From positions 1-24,955 of the IMG/VR virus record IMGVR_UViG_3300033067_000776: 24,955 nucleotides of DNA. One strand, given 5' to 3'. The notes beneath the pieces were generated by a model. The model was given only the letters and a program-made list of their open reading frames with translations. It did not search any database and was not told the DNA's origin. Origin of the DNA: a virus (lineage: Duplodnaviria; Caudoviricetes). Below, piece after piece: positions 1 through 7,937 of the stretch. Both the position numbers and the translations under genes were made by a program. The stretch's first letter is position 1; the number at the start of each line of letters is the position of its first letter.

Positions 1-21
1 TAAATCCCAGCTACATATCGA

Positions 22-74
22 GTTTAACTATGTGCAAATCCGAGCATCGGAACGGCCTGCACAAAGCCGCAAAC
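22..74 (-). other. Long imperfect hairpin downstream of the leftward operon
   Basis: Minus strand GTTTG(CG)GCTTTGTGCA...TGCACATAGTTAAAC pairs over ~14 bp including G-U pairs; inner stem CCGA-tgc-TCGG at 40-50; no U-tract follows. Confidence 0.45.
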
Positions 75-107
75 GTTATCTAATAATCAAAATGCTTATA
101 GTAGCGG

Positions 108-1091
108 CTAAAACTTTTTTTCGATAAAATATTCAATGCCGTTTTCTACAAATCTTTCCGCTTCTTTCTTGTTCCAATCTTCCCGATTTTCGGACAATAT
201 TTCTTTTATTTTTGCTTCGTTTGGAACTACCAATGTTAGCCCCGATTTTGTTGCGGCCTTTTCATCCACCATTCGCCACTTCCAAAGTTTTCTACCGCCA
301 GATGGTATTGTTGTAAAAACCTGTTTAAATGATGGGGCTGCTTGTTGGGCTTGACTGCTTGCTGTTTCCTGAATAATTACCTTGTTTTCTTCAATTTGGG
401 CTGAAATCTGCTCTTTCTTCTCCTCAATCTCTAAAAAAGCCCCATCATCCTCATTCTTAGCCGCCTCCTGCTGCTGTTTTTCTAAACCCTCAAGTAGTTT
501 TACCTTTTCTTTTTGCCCCGTAATGAGGCTGCGAATGGCCTTACAATCGTTCTGAAATTCTTCTAAAAATTCCTGATACTTGTTTTTGTTTCCGGTTTCA
601 AGGTTTACCAACCTTTCAATAGCCGTTAATTCAGCACTTGTTTTTGCCCCTGCAATTTTAGCCGAATACTCCATTTTGAAGTTATCCATGTGGCTGTGAA
701 TGGTGGCAATCCTTTGGTTTTCTAATTCTGCTAATCTTTGCTTTTCAGCCACCTCTTTACAAAGTTTTTGATACCGCTTATCAACGTCTGCTATTAATCC
801 ATCAACTTCAACTGAAATTAACTTTGCTCCTGCATCAACGGTTCTGCCACCTTGCAAATAAGGCTCTTTAAGTTTGGTTCTTTCTTCTTCAACAGTTTTG
901 ATTATTTTTCGGCAACCGTCAAGGTAGTTTTTAATTACTTCAAGATTATCTTCATTAAAAACAAGTTCTTTTTTCTTATCATATAAAGCCTGAATAGATT
1001 GCTCTGTTTTGGTTAAAACAATTTGCAATTTAGATTTTACTATTTCTGGCGTTAGGCTTTGTGGCTTATATACTGTTGTTGATTCATTCAT
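108..1091 (-). CDS. Coiled-coil protein of the phage recombination module (Gam/DUF1351-like)
   Basis: 327 aa, helical and E/K/Q-rich; EEERTKLKEPYLQGGRTVDAGAK and C-terminal RKLWKWRMVDE...GIEYFIEK resemble proteins found beside phage exonucleases; ATGA overlap with the exonuclease gene. Confidence 0.5.
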   Translation of the reverse strand: MNESTTVYKPQSLTPEIVKSKLQIVLTKTEQSIQALYDKKKELVFNEDNLEVIKNYLDGCRKIIKTVEEERTKLKEPYLQGGRTVDAGAKLISVEVDGLIADVDKRYQKLCKEVAEKQRLAELENQRIATIHSHMDNFKMEYSAKIAGAKTSAELTAIERLVNLETGNKNKYQEFLEEFQNDCKAIRSLITGQKEKVKLLEGLEKQQQEAAKNEDDGAFLEIEEKKEQISAQIEENKVIIQETASSQAQQAAPSFKQVFTTIPSGGRKLWKWRMVDEKAATKSGLTLVVPNEAKIKEILSENREDWNKKEAERFVENGIEYFIEKKF

Positions 1092-1807
1092 TGGTTTGGT
1101 TTTTTGTAGTTCAAAAATTTGTCAAATAATTTTTCTGCTTCAGCCATCCTTGTATTAAAAAACTTAAATTCTTCTATTAATTCTGTTTTCTTAAAAACAA
1201 CCTCTCCCATTTTGTAAGGATGCCCGTCTTTATAATGTGGGTGAAAAAATACTGCTCTACCTCTCGTTACATTTGCCCACTCAACCTGTGAGATTGTTTG
1301 CCAATAAACTTTAGGATTTAATGCTTTAAGTTGTGCTGGTGTTTCACATTCAACATGAGCCATGTGAACGGCAGGTGTCATGTAGCACTTAAATTCGGCA
1401 GTTTCACAATTAAAAAATTCTTCTCCTGTTTTTTCGTCAGTATAAAACAATAACTTTTCATTCATAAAAACAAAATCGTCTGGTGTAGATGCAAACCGTT
1501 TACCAAAAACAATGTGTTGGTTAGGCAGGTGTTTTACGCAAGAAGGAGTATTGCGTTTCCAATAATCAATAGCAATCGGCTCATAAGTTTGCCCCCACAA
1601 AGTTCCCTCTGTTTCTATGTTTCTATCAGAAGGTTGCCCGGTAATTTCTTCATGTACTTTGTTTCTGATATAAGTCATTCCACCATCACCAATTCCTTTT
1701 GGCGCACAAAGACAAGAAACAGGACTGCTTGTAATTTTGCCGAGCCTATTAGAAAACCACAATGTCGAATATGGTTCAATATCAGATATTCTACTTATTG
1801 GCAACAT
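1088..1807 (-). CDS. YqaJ-like/lambda-type exonuclease (PD-(D/E)xK viral recombinase family)
   Basis: Motifs WFSNRLGKITSS, WGQTYEPIA, STPDD, EFKC, YWQ in canonical order. Confidence 0.85.
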   Translation of the reverse strand: MLPISRISDIEPYSTLWFSNRLGKITSSPVSCLCAPKGIGDGGMTYIRNKVHEEITGQPSDRNIETEGTLWGQTYEPIAIDYWKRNTPSCVKHLPNQHIVFGKRFASTPDDFVFMNEKLLFYTDEKTGEEFFNCETAEFKCYMTPAVHMAHVECETPAQLKALNPKVYWQTISQVEWANVTRGRAVFFHPHYKDGHPYKMGEVVFKKTELIEEFKFFNTRMAEAEKLFDKFLNYKKPNQ

Positions 1808-2045
1808 TGAGTTCGTTTTTTAAGTCCTGAAAGGTTTGTCTTTTATCTTTTGGCGGATTTGCCTCAACAAAAGACTTAGAATACAATTCATGTGCTGCTG
1901 TTATTTTTTCAACGGCTGCATCTCTGGCTTCTTCAAAAGTATCTCCTTCTTCAAGGATTACGTTTGTTTCAAAGGTTTTCCACTTTTCAATACCTACGTC
2001 TATTATTTTTACAGACTCCCTTACTCTTACGTTTTCAAATTTCAT
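1791..2045 (-). CDS. Hypothetical phage protein
   Basis: 84 aa ORF with ATG start, co-oriented and overlapping the exonuclease start. Confidence 0.7.
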   Translation of the reverse strand: MKFENVRVRESVKIIDVGIEKWKTFETNVILEEGDTFEEARDAAVEKITAAHELYSKSFVEANPPKDKRQTFQDLKNELNVANK

Positions 2046-2065
2046 ATTGCTTTATTTAAAGTAAA

Positions 2066-2251
2066 TTACTTAGACACCAAACATTCCTTATCCCAGCTTC
2101 TTATTGATGTTCTTGTAGAAGTATTACTTTGATAAGTAGCTGTTTTATTTTTTCTATCTAATTTTAAAAGAGTATAGCTGGTAGCTTTTCTTTCTTTGGA
2201 TAGGTAGAACTTTTGATTGTCTTTTAGGTTTTTGAGTTTTGTGCTTTTCAT
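2066..2251 (-). CDS. Small basic hypothetical protein, first gene of the leftward operon
   Basis: 61 aa, ATG preceded by an A-rich leader, directly downstream of the candidate leftward promoter. Confidence 0.65.
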   Translation of the reverse strand: MKSTKLKNLKDNQKFYLSKERKATSYTLLKLDRKNKTATYQSNTSTRTSIRSWDKECLVSK

Positions 2252-2269
2252 TTTTTTTGATTTAGAAAG

Positions 2270-2301
2270 TAAAAATAATAACCTGTAACCAAACTACCAA
2301 A
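2270..2301 (-). promoter_or_regulatory. Leftward Bacteroidota-type housekeeping promoter
   Basis: Minus strand TTTG (2301-2298), 20-nt spacer, TATTTTTA (2277-2270; one mismatch to TAnnTTTG); a perfect TAnnTTTG also lies at 2326-2319 but has no obvious -33 element. Confidence 0.55.
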
Positions 2302-2308
2302 TAATTTC

Positions 2309-2322
2309 TTTGAAATTTCAAA
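2309..2322. promoter_or_regulatory. Perfect 14-bp palindrome, candidate operator
   Basis: TTTGAAATTTCAAA between the divergent promoters, flanked by direct repeats AAATAATTT (2299-2307 and 2322-2330). Confidence 0.45.
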
Positions 2323-2329
2323 AATAATT

Positions 2330-2359
2330 TTTGTGATTTAATTTGAATTACTATATTTG
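2330..2359 (+). promoter_or_regulatory. Rightward Bacteroidota-type promoter (-33 TTTG, -7 TAnnTTTG)
   Basis: TTTG at 2330-2333, 18-nt spacer, TATATTTG at 2352-2359, 18 nt upstream of ATG 2378. Confidence 0.75.
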
Positions 2360-2377
2360 TTCAATAATTCTAAAATT

Positions 2378-2623
2378 ATGGGTGAGCAAAAAAATATCAA
2401 ACCAGTAGAAAAAATTGATGTAAGAGATGAAATTCAATCCTACTTAAAAAGCATAAGAAGGCCGTTGTCTTACATTGCAAAACCGTACACAGATATACCA
2501 TACGGTAGTGTTTATTCAATATTTGAACAGAAGGTAATGGAGTTAAAACCAGAACACCTTGAACAAATAAACAACTGGCTAAAAGAGGATAATAAACTTC
2601 TTGTACAAGATTTTAAATTTTAG
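2378..2623 (+). CDS. Cro/XRE-like HTH transcriptional regulator
   Basis: 81 aa from ATG 2378 (the track's TTG at 2357 lies inside the -7 element); RRPLSYIAKPYTDIPYGSVYSIF resembles an HTH; first gene of the rightward operon. Confidence 0.6.
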   Translation: MGEQKNIKPVEKIDVRDEIQSYLKSIRRPLSYIAKPYTDIPYGSVYSIFEQKVMELKPEHLEQINNWLKEDNKLLVQDFKF

Positions 2624-2664
2624 GAACGGAGATTACGTTATCGTAGTTTTAGTTCCTTTTTTTT
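2622..2664 (+). terminator. Intrinsic terminator after the Cro-like gene
   Basis: Stem AGGAAC-G-GAGATTACG, loop TTAT, CGTAGTTTT-A-GTTCCT (15 pairs including G-U, one mismatch) followed by a T-tract to 2664. Confidence 0.75.
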
Positions 2665-2697
2665 ATTTCAATATCTTTTTCAAATTCCAAAATAAAA

Positions 2698-3324
2698 ATG
2701 GCGAAACGTTTTACCGACACAGAAATATGGGAACAAGATTGGTATATTGATTTACCTACAAAGTATAAATTAACTTGGAATTACATTAAAGATAAGTGTG
2801 ATAATTGTGGTATATGGCGACCAAATAAATCTTTACTTCAAAGAATTATTGGAGAGCCTGTTAATTTAGATGAATTTTTAACTTTTGTTAATATCGAGAA
2901 AGGGCGAATAACCATCCTGCCAACTGGTCGTTGGTTTCTCCGGGATTTCTTTATTTTCCAGTACGGCGACAAGTTTTCGCCAACCTCCCAAATTCACAAA
3001 GGAGCAATTAAGCAGCTTGTCGCCAATGGTGTTCATCCGAAGGAAATTTTAGGAAAATCAATAGGCGAAATACAAAACTATGATTTAGAAGAAGTTAAAG
3101 AGATAGCCTATTCAAAGGATATTAATATACTACTAATAGCTTATCACAACCCTTACCAAAGGGTTAAGGATAAGGTTAAGGATAAGGAATATGTATTAAG
3201 TTTAACTAACGCAAAAAAATCGAAAAATGAAAACGGGATTAGCGGCAATTTTAAATCACAGGGGGAAGAACTTATGGCTAAAAGACTGCATGAAGGAATT
3301 GAAGAAAAAAAACAAGTTCGATGA
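2698..3324 (+). CDS. Phage replication initiator/replisome organiser
   Basis: N-terminal MAKRFTDTEIWEQDWYIDLPTKYKL...CDNCGIW...WFLRDFFIFQYG winged-helix-type region plus KDKVKDKE linker; located between the Cro-like gene and the helicase. Confidence 0.65.
   Translation: MAKRFTDTEIWEQDWYIDLPTKYKLTWNYIKDKCDNCGIWRPNKSLLQRIIGEPVNLDEFLTFVNIEKGRITILPTGRWFLRDFFIFQYGDKFSPTSQIHKGAIKQLVANGVHPKEILGKSIGEIQNYDLEEVKEIAYSKDINILLIAYHNPYQRVKDKVKDKEYVLSLTNAKKSKNENGISGNFKSQGEELMAKRLHEGIEEKKQVR
3102..3187. repeat. Cluster of inverted and direct repeats inside the initiator gene (candidate origin)
   Basis: GATAGCCTATT/AATAGCTTATC imperfect inverted repeat (3102-3112, 3135-3145); AACCCTT-acca-AAGGGTT (3148-3165); tandem GGTTAAGGATAA x2 (3162-3185). 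Confidence 0.4.
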
Positions 3325-3718
3325 ATTAATTTCAAACGCAAGAAATTCCGGCCTTTCTTTTTCAGAAATGAATGAATTAGAAACAAGGGTGGCTATTGAC
3401 CAAATTATGTTTAAGGGGGCTGCAATTTGTGGTTGTCCTTTGCCGCAAACTGAATTATTTGCTAAGTATATAGCCGAAGAAATAAAAAACTACATTCTTG
3501 ATTTTGGGTATAGCGAACTAACTCTTGATGAAATAATTTTAGCGTTCAGGATTAACATAGGCCACCGAATTAAAAATTCATTAGGCGATGATTTGATTTG
3601 TGTTGATTTTTATGGACACGCAATAAATGTTTCTTTTATTGGTAAAGTTTTAGCAAACTATCTTGTAATTAGAAAATCACTTGATTCGAGAATATTAACT
3701 TTATTAGACGGATATTAA
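3227..3718 (+). CDS. Replication-associated protein, putative helicase loader
   Basis: 163 aa (in-frame alternative ATG at 3290 gives a shorter overlap); ELTLDEIILAFR...FYG...SFIGKVLANY pattern; lambda P-like position. Confidence 0.45.
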   Translation: MKTGLAAILNHRGKNLWLKDCMKELKKKNKFDELISNARNSGLSFSEMNELETRVAIDQIMFKGAAICGCPLPQTELFAKYIAEEIKNYILDFGYSELTLDEIILAFRINIGHRIKNSLGDDLICVDFYGHAINVSFIGKVLANYLVIRKSLDSRILTLLDGY

Positions 3719-3720
3719 TT

Positions 3721-5778
3721 ATGAATTGTCAAGAATTAAATACGATTGAGGGGTTAAAATTCATTCCGATAAACGGAAAGAAGATACCGACTGTAAAAGA
3801 GTGGCAGGTATCGGAATTAGAGCATGATTTAACGAACTGTGTTGGTGTTGGTATTGTTTGCGGAAAACTTAGCGGATATGTGGAAGCTATTGATATTGAT
3901 AGCAAGTATGATTTAACAGGCAAACTTTTTGAAAACTATAAAAGGCTAATCCACGAACTTGATAAAGAGTTGCTTCAAAAACTTGTAGTTCAAAAAACGA
4001 GAAACAATGGCTACCATTTTATTTACCGATGCTCCGTAATTGCAGGAAATTTAAAGTTAGCTAACCGACCAACAACAGACGATGAAAAAAGAGAAACCTA
4101 TAATCAAGAGTATAAAGCAGCGTTACTTAAAAACCCTGACGACACAACCGCAAAGCAAATAGCGGATAAAGTTTCAAAAAGCGACAAGGTTAGAGTTTTG
4201 ATTGAAACAAGGGGTGAAGGAGGGTATGTGGCTTGTTTCCCAACAGAGGGGTACGAACTTATTCATGGCGATTTTTATGGGATAAACGAAATAACCCCAG
4301 AACAACGGGATTTACTTCATGGTATCGCAAGGCAATTTAACGCTGTTTTAGAGCCTGCGACAATCCCAAAAGGGCAAGTGTCCAAAAGTTCAGGAAAGTC
4401 CAGCTTTGAGGCTTATAATGAGTCTGGTGACGTTTTAGGATTGTTGCAGCAGCACGGGTGGAAGGTAGTAAACCAAAAAGGCAATAAAACAGTATTTCTT
4501 AGACCGGGGCAAACTACTTCGCAGAGTAGCGGAAATTTTGACCATGATAAAAACTGGTTTAGTGTTTTTACTACAAGCACAGAATTTGACCCCCAACACG
4601 CCTATTTGCCTTATGCTGTTTATGCTGTTTTGGAGTGTAATAAAAACTTTTCAGAAGCAAGTAAAAAATTATATGAATTAGGGTTTGGGGATAGGCTTGA
4701 ACAAAAAGTAGAAAAAGAGAAAGCCCCAAGCACAAGGGTTATTCAGTCAAGGGTTGACCCCGAAAAAGAAGATTTTTCATTATTTGCCACTTCGGAGGAT
4801 TATGACAGCTATTTAGAGGCTGTTAGGGACGGTACTTTAAAAATGGGGCTTACTACCGGAAGTCCGGCTTTAGACGCTCATTTCGTCTTAAAAGAGGGTG
4901 CTTTCGTACATATCAACGGTATTGACAATGTAGGTAAGTCTGAAATTATTTGGTGGTTACTTTTGTTGGCAGCAATGTATCACGGGTGGAAGGGTGTAAT
5001 TTTTTCCAGCGAAAACACTTTAGGGGCTTTTATGCGAAGGATGATACAGTTTTATTGGGGTAAACCGTTAAGCGGAAACAATGTAATGTCGCAAAGCGAA
5101 TATGAAATAGCTAAGAAGTTTATTGAAAAACATTTTTTGCTCATAAAATCACAAGAAGATTTGTATAACTACAAGGATATAATTAACCTTGCCAAAATAG
5201 CAAAAAAGAAAGGCGATTATCAGTATGGAATGATTGACCCGTACAATAGTTTGAAAATTGATTTAAGTGGATATAGTAAACTTAATACCCACGAATATCA
5301 TTATGAGGCTTTGAGTGAATTAAAATCATACGGGCAAAAAAATAAATTTGGGTGGTTTATTACTCACCATGCAGTTACGGCAGCATTAAGATTAAAAGAT
5401 GCTGACAAAAAATACCCGGTTGCGCCACGAAAAGAAGATACAGAGCAAGGCGGCAAGGTGGCAAATAAGGCAGATGATTTCTTAACTATTCACCGTATTA
5501 CGCAACACCCTACTGATTGGATGATAAGTGAAATTCATGTACGGAAAATTAAGGACACAGAAACGGGCGGCAGACCAACGATATTAGAGTTGCCAATAAG
5601 ATTTGAAAGATATAAAGGTGGCTATGCCTATGTGGAAGTGGATGAATTTAAAGTGAGGGGTATTGACCCAATACAAGAATGGCATATAAAAAACGGAACG
5701 GCAGAGCAGTTAAATGTTTTTATAGAACCGAAACAAAGTTGGCAACCCTTTAGAGATAGTACAGATATAGGATTTTAA
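3721..5778 (+). CDS. Bifunctional primase-polymerase (AEP Prim-Pol) fused to a DnaB-like SF4 helicase
   Basis: VGIVCG...EAIDID, QKTRNNGYHFIY and IETRGEGGYV in the N-terminal half; Walker A GIDNVGKS and Walker B YGMIDPYN in the C-terminal half. Confidence 0.88.
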   Translation: MNCQELNTIEGLKFIPINGKKIPTVKEWQVSELEHDLTNCVGVGIVCGKLSGYVEAIDIDSKYDLTGKLFENYKRLIHELDKELLQKLVVQKTRNNGYHFIYRCSVIAGNLKLANRPTTDDEKRETYNQEYKAALLKNPDDTTAKQIADKVSKSDKVRVLIETRGEGGYVACFPTEGYELIHGDFYGINEITPEQRDLLHGIARQFNAVLEPATIPKGQVSKSSGKSSFEAYNESGDVLGLLQQHGWKVVNQKGNKTVFLRPGQTTSQSSGNFDHDKNWFSVFTTSTEFDPQHAYLPYAVYAVLECNKNFSEASKKLYELGFGDRLEQKVEKEKAPSTRVIQSRVDPEKEDFSLFATSEDYDSYLEAVRDGTLKMGLTTGSPALDAHFVLKEGAFVHINGIDNVGKSEIIWWLLLLAAMYHGWKGVIFSSENTLGAFMRRMIQFYWGKPLSGNNVMSQSEYEIAKKFIEKHFLLIKSQEDLYNYKDIINLAKIAKKKGDYQYGMIDPYNSLKIDLSGYSKLNTHEYHYEALSELKSYGQKNKFGWFITHHAVTAALRLKDADKKYPVAPRKEDTEQGGKVANKADDFLTIHRITQHPTDWMISEIHVRKIKDTETGGRPTILELPIRFERYKGGYAYVEVDEFKVRGIDPIQEWHIKNGTAEQLNVFIEPKQSWQPFRDSTDIGF

Positions 5779-5780
5779 TT

Positions 5781-5993
5781 ATGGCAATAATAAGAAACGT
5801 TCAAAACAATTTCCTGTATCGTTATTTGGGCGAAAACAAATATCGTAACTTAACAACATTGCAAGAAGGGGAAGTGCCGGAAGAAAAAGCAAGAGAAATA
5901 TTTAAAATAAACATTGAGGCAACAAGTATAATAAACGAATATCCAGAAGTTGAAAATATGATTAATAAACTACAATTAAAATTTGAAAAATGA
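5781..5993 (+). CDS. Hypothetical phage protein
   Basis: 70 aa, tightly packed in the operon, ATGA overlap with the next gene. Confidence 0.7.
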   Translation: MAIIRNVQNNFLYRYLGENKYRNLTTLQEGEVPEEKAREIFKINIEATSIINEYPEVENMINKLQLKFEK

Positions 5994-6301
5994 GTAAATT
6001 ATTTACAGGTTCAATCTGCCTTACAGATTTATTAGAGCAAGCAAAAAAAGCACACTCCGCTTTTAGTCGTTCACAAGCAAACAACAAGGTGTATGTAAAT
6101 ATCCTTGTTTGGGAAAACGATGAAAAAGATAAGTACGACAACACTCATTCCTTCCAATTAAATTCCCATAAAGACAAAAAAGAAGCGGAAGGGAAAATTT
6201 ATATTGGTAACGCAAAGCCAATAGAAAAGAAAGAGCCATTGCTACTAACAGTTGAAGATGCAAATACATTTATTCCCGGAGACGATGGACTACCCTTTTA
6301 A
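5990..6301 (+). CDS. Putative single-stranded DNA-binding protein
   Basis: 103 aa, beta-rich core (KVYVNILVW...KIYIGNAK) and acidic SSB-type tail GDDGLPF; in the replication module. Confidence 0.6.
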   Translation: MSKLFTGSICLTDLLEQAKKAHSAFSRSQANNKVYVNILVWENDEKDKYDNTHSFQLNSHKDKKEAEGKIYIGNAKPIEKKEPLLLTVEDANTFIPGDDGLPF

Positions 6302-6303
6302 TT

Positions 6304-6510
6304 ATGTACTTAGTTTGTAAACATAAAGACGATGGGACATTATTCATAACTACTCGTAAGTCGAGAGAAACAATGCTTAGTGTTTTATTAGGCTTAGGTC
6401 AAGAAATTGAATCAGTAGTAGAAAAGGAATTTGAGCATTATTCATCAGCAGTAGCCTACAAAAAAAATATTGAAGATGCGAATGATAAAATCCAACAAAG
6501 CCTTAATTAA
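6304..6510 (+). CDS. Hypothetical phage protein
   Basis: 68 aa, co-oriented, 2 nt after the previous stop. Confidence 0.65.
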   Translation: MYLVCKHKDDGTLFITTRKSRETMLSVLLGLGQEIESVVEKEFEHYSSAVAYKKNIEDANDKIQQSLN

Positions 6511-6527
6511 TATTCACTATTAATAAA

Positions 6528-7046
6528 ATGTTTGTGATGGGCTATTTTGAAAACTTACAACTACAAAAATTAGGACTTGCTCCAAAAACAACTGGTGCAA
6601 AACCAAAAAAGCCATTAAAAAAAATAAGCAATAAGAAAGCGGCTGAAATGAAAGAAGCTAAAACAGTTAATACCGATAGCGAATTAGATAAATGGTTTGA
6701 AGAAAGAAGAAAAGAAATGACAGGGGTGTGTGCTAATTGTGGTGGTAAAACAGGAAAGGATGATGATAAATTTTACCGACATTCAATAGCCCACATACTT
6801 CCAAAAAGAGATAGTATGTTTCCATCCGTTGCAACAGTAAATTATAATTGGGTTGAACTTTGTTTTTGGGGTAATAGTTGTCATTCAAAATATGATAGTA
6901 GTTGGGAAGCAGCAGCAAAAATGAGAATATGGCCTTTTGTAATTCACAATGTAAATATTCTTTATCCAAAATTAACATCAGAAGAAAAAGCAAGACTGCC
7001 AGAAGTCTTAATTCAAGAAATAAATCCTGAAAAATTTAACCCATGA
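6528..7046 (+). CDS. HNH-fold zinc-binding nuclease (NinG/Ref-like)
   Basis: Basic N-terminal arm; CANC...IAHILPK...NWVELCFWGNSCHSKYD; true start may be ATG 6537. Confidence 0.7.
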   Translation: MFVMGYFENLQLQKLGLAPKTTGAKPKKPLKKISNKKAAEMKEAKTVNTDSELDKWFEERRKEMTGVCANCGGKTGKDDDKFYRHSIAHILPKRDSMFPSVATVNYNWVELCFWGNSCHSKYDSSWEAAAKMRIWPFVIHNVNILYPKLTSEEKARLPEVLIQEINPEKFNP

Positions 7047-7216
7047 TAAAAACAGAAAAAATATTAACTGAACTAAGCAAGTATGATACAGTAGAAGAAT
7101 TATTTCTTAGCTTTGAGGACATTCGTACTTTCGTAGTTGAAAAATTACAAACAGAGCAAAAAGCATTGCAAGAAAAATCTTCCAGTATTGAAGAAAAAAT
7201 AGATTCAATAAAATAA
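7043..7216 (+). CDS. Small coiled-coil hypothetical protein (57 aa, not in the ORF track)
   Basis: ATG 7043 overlaps the upstream TGA (ATGA); MIKTEKILTELSKYDTVEELF...EEKIDSIK, stop TAA 7214-7216; fills the operon gap. Confidence 0.75.
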   Translation: MIKTEKILTELSKYDTVEELFLSFEDIRTFVVEKLQTEQKALQEKSSSIEEKIDSIK

Positions 7217-7224
7217 TATTTTAA

Positions 7225-7569
7225 TTGAAGGAAATACAAACATATTGGGAAGACCCAAAAGAATTAAAAGTAGTAGTACCAGTAAAAAAACAAAAGAAAA
7301 CTACTGTTATATTTCCACTTCCGGGGCATAGAGTTTTTGAACTAAACCTATCAACTGGTATTATTAATGAGGTTAAGCCCGAAAAACAAAACCTATCATT
7401 AGTGCCAGAGATTGATATTCGGACGGGGTTAGTATCGGGTTCAATAACACAAAAAAGAGGGAGTATAAAAATGAAAGAAGGTTGTATTTATACAACAGCA
7501 CTTAATGCTAAAAACGCAGATAAACATTTTCACAGAATCTTAAATAAAACATATAAAACTAAAAAATGA
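7225..7569 (+). CDS. Hypothetical phage protein
   Basis: 114 aa, TTG start, PGHRVFELNLSTG...GCIYTTALNAKNADKHF; ATGA overlap with groES. Confidence 0.65.
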   Translation: MKEIQTYWEDPKELKVVVPVKKQKKTTVIFPLPGHRVFELNLSTGIINEVKPEKQNLSLVPEIDIRTGLVSGSITQKRGSIKMKEGCIYTTALNAKNADKHFHRILNKTYKTKK

Positions 7570-7889
7570 ATTACCAAGAGTATCAACCATTAGAGGACAG
7601 GGTTTTAATAAAACCAATTAAAAATACTGAACCGGAAAAAACAGAAAGCGGGATAATAACCGAAATGGCTAAAAAGGAAACAGCAGAAGGTATGGTGGTG
7701 GCATCTGGTGAGGGGTTTGTAGCAAGGGATACAGGGGTGCTTGTTGGGAATGTTCTTAAGAAAGGAGATGTTGTTTTATATGGATTAAACGCTGGTATGC
7801 CACTTGATATACCAAGAGAAGGAGGGGGCAAAGATGAGTGTAGGTTGATGAGGGAAGGCGATGTATTAGCTCTTATAAAAAAATCTTAA
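7566..7889 (+). CDS. groES: Co-chaperonin GroES (Cpn10)
   Basis: QPLEDRVLIKP, mobile loop KTESGII, GMVVASGEG, LKKGDVVLY, LMREGDVLA. Confidence 0.92.
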   Translation: MNYQEYQPLEDRVLIKPIKNTEPEKTESGIITEMAKKETAEGMVVASGEGFVARDTGVLVGNVLKKGDVVLYGLNAGMPLDIPREGGGKDECRLMREGDVLALIKKS

Positions 7890-7908
7890 TAGAATTAAGA
7901 AGAAGTTG

Positions 7909-7937
7909 TAATTTAGCATCCAAAGCCTAAACTTTGG
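7909..7937 (+). promoter_or_regulatory. Possible internal promoter (-7-like) and start-codon-masking hairpin
   Basis: TAATTTAG at 7909-7916 (one mismatch to TAnnTTTG); CCAAAG-cctaaa-CTTTGG (7920-7937) covers the TTG start at 7934. Confidence 0.35.

Noticed and set aside
136-2132. Plus-strand ORFs 136-354, 1514-1810 and 1836-2132
   Set aside because: Antisense shadows of well-supported minus-strand genes with atypical composition
2357-2377. TTG start of the 88-aa ORF in the track
   Set aside because: It lies within the TATATTTG promoter element; ATG 2378 with an A/T-rich leader is more plausible
3305-3312. A8 run in the overlap between initiator and loader genes as a fusion frameshift
   Set aside because: The downstream gene is in the +1 frame, has its own ATG starts, and no stimulator is evident
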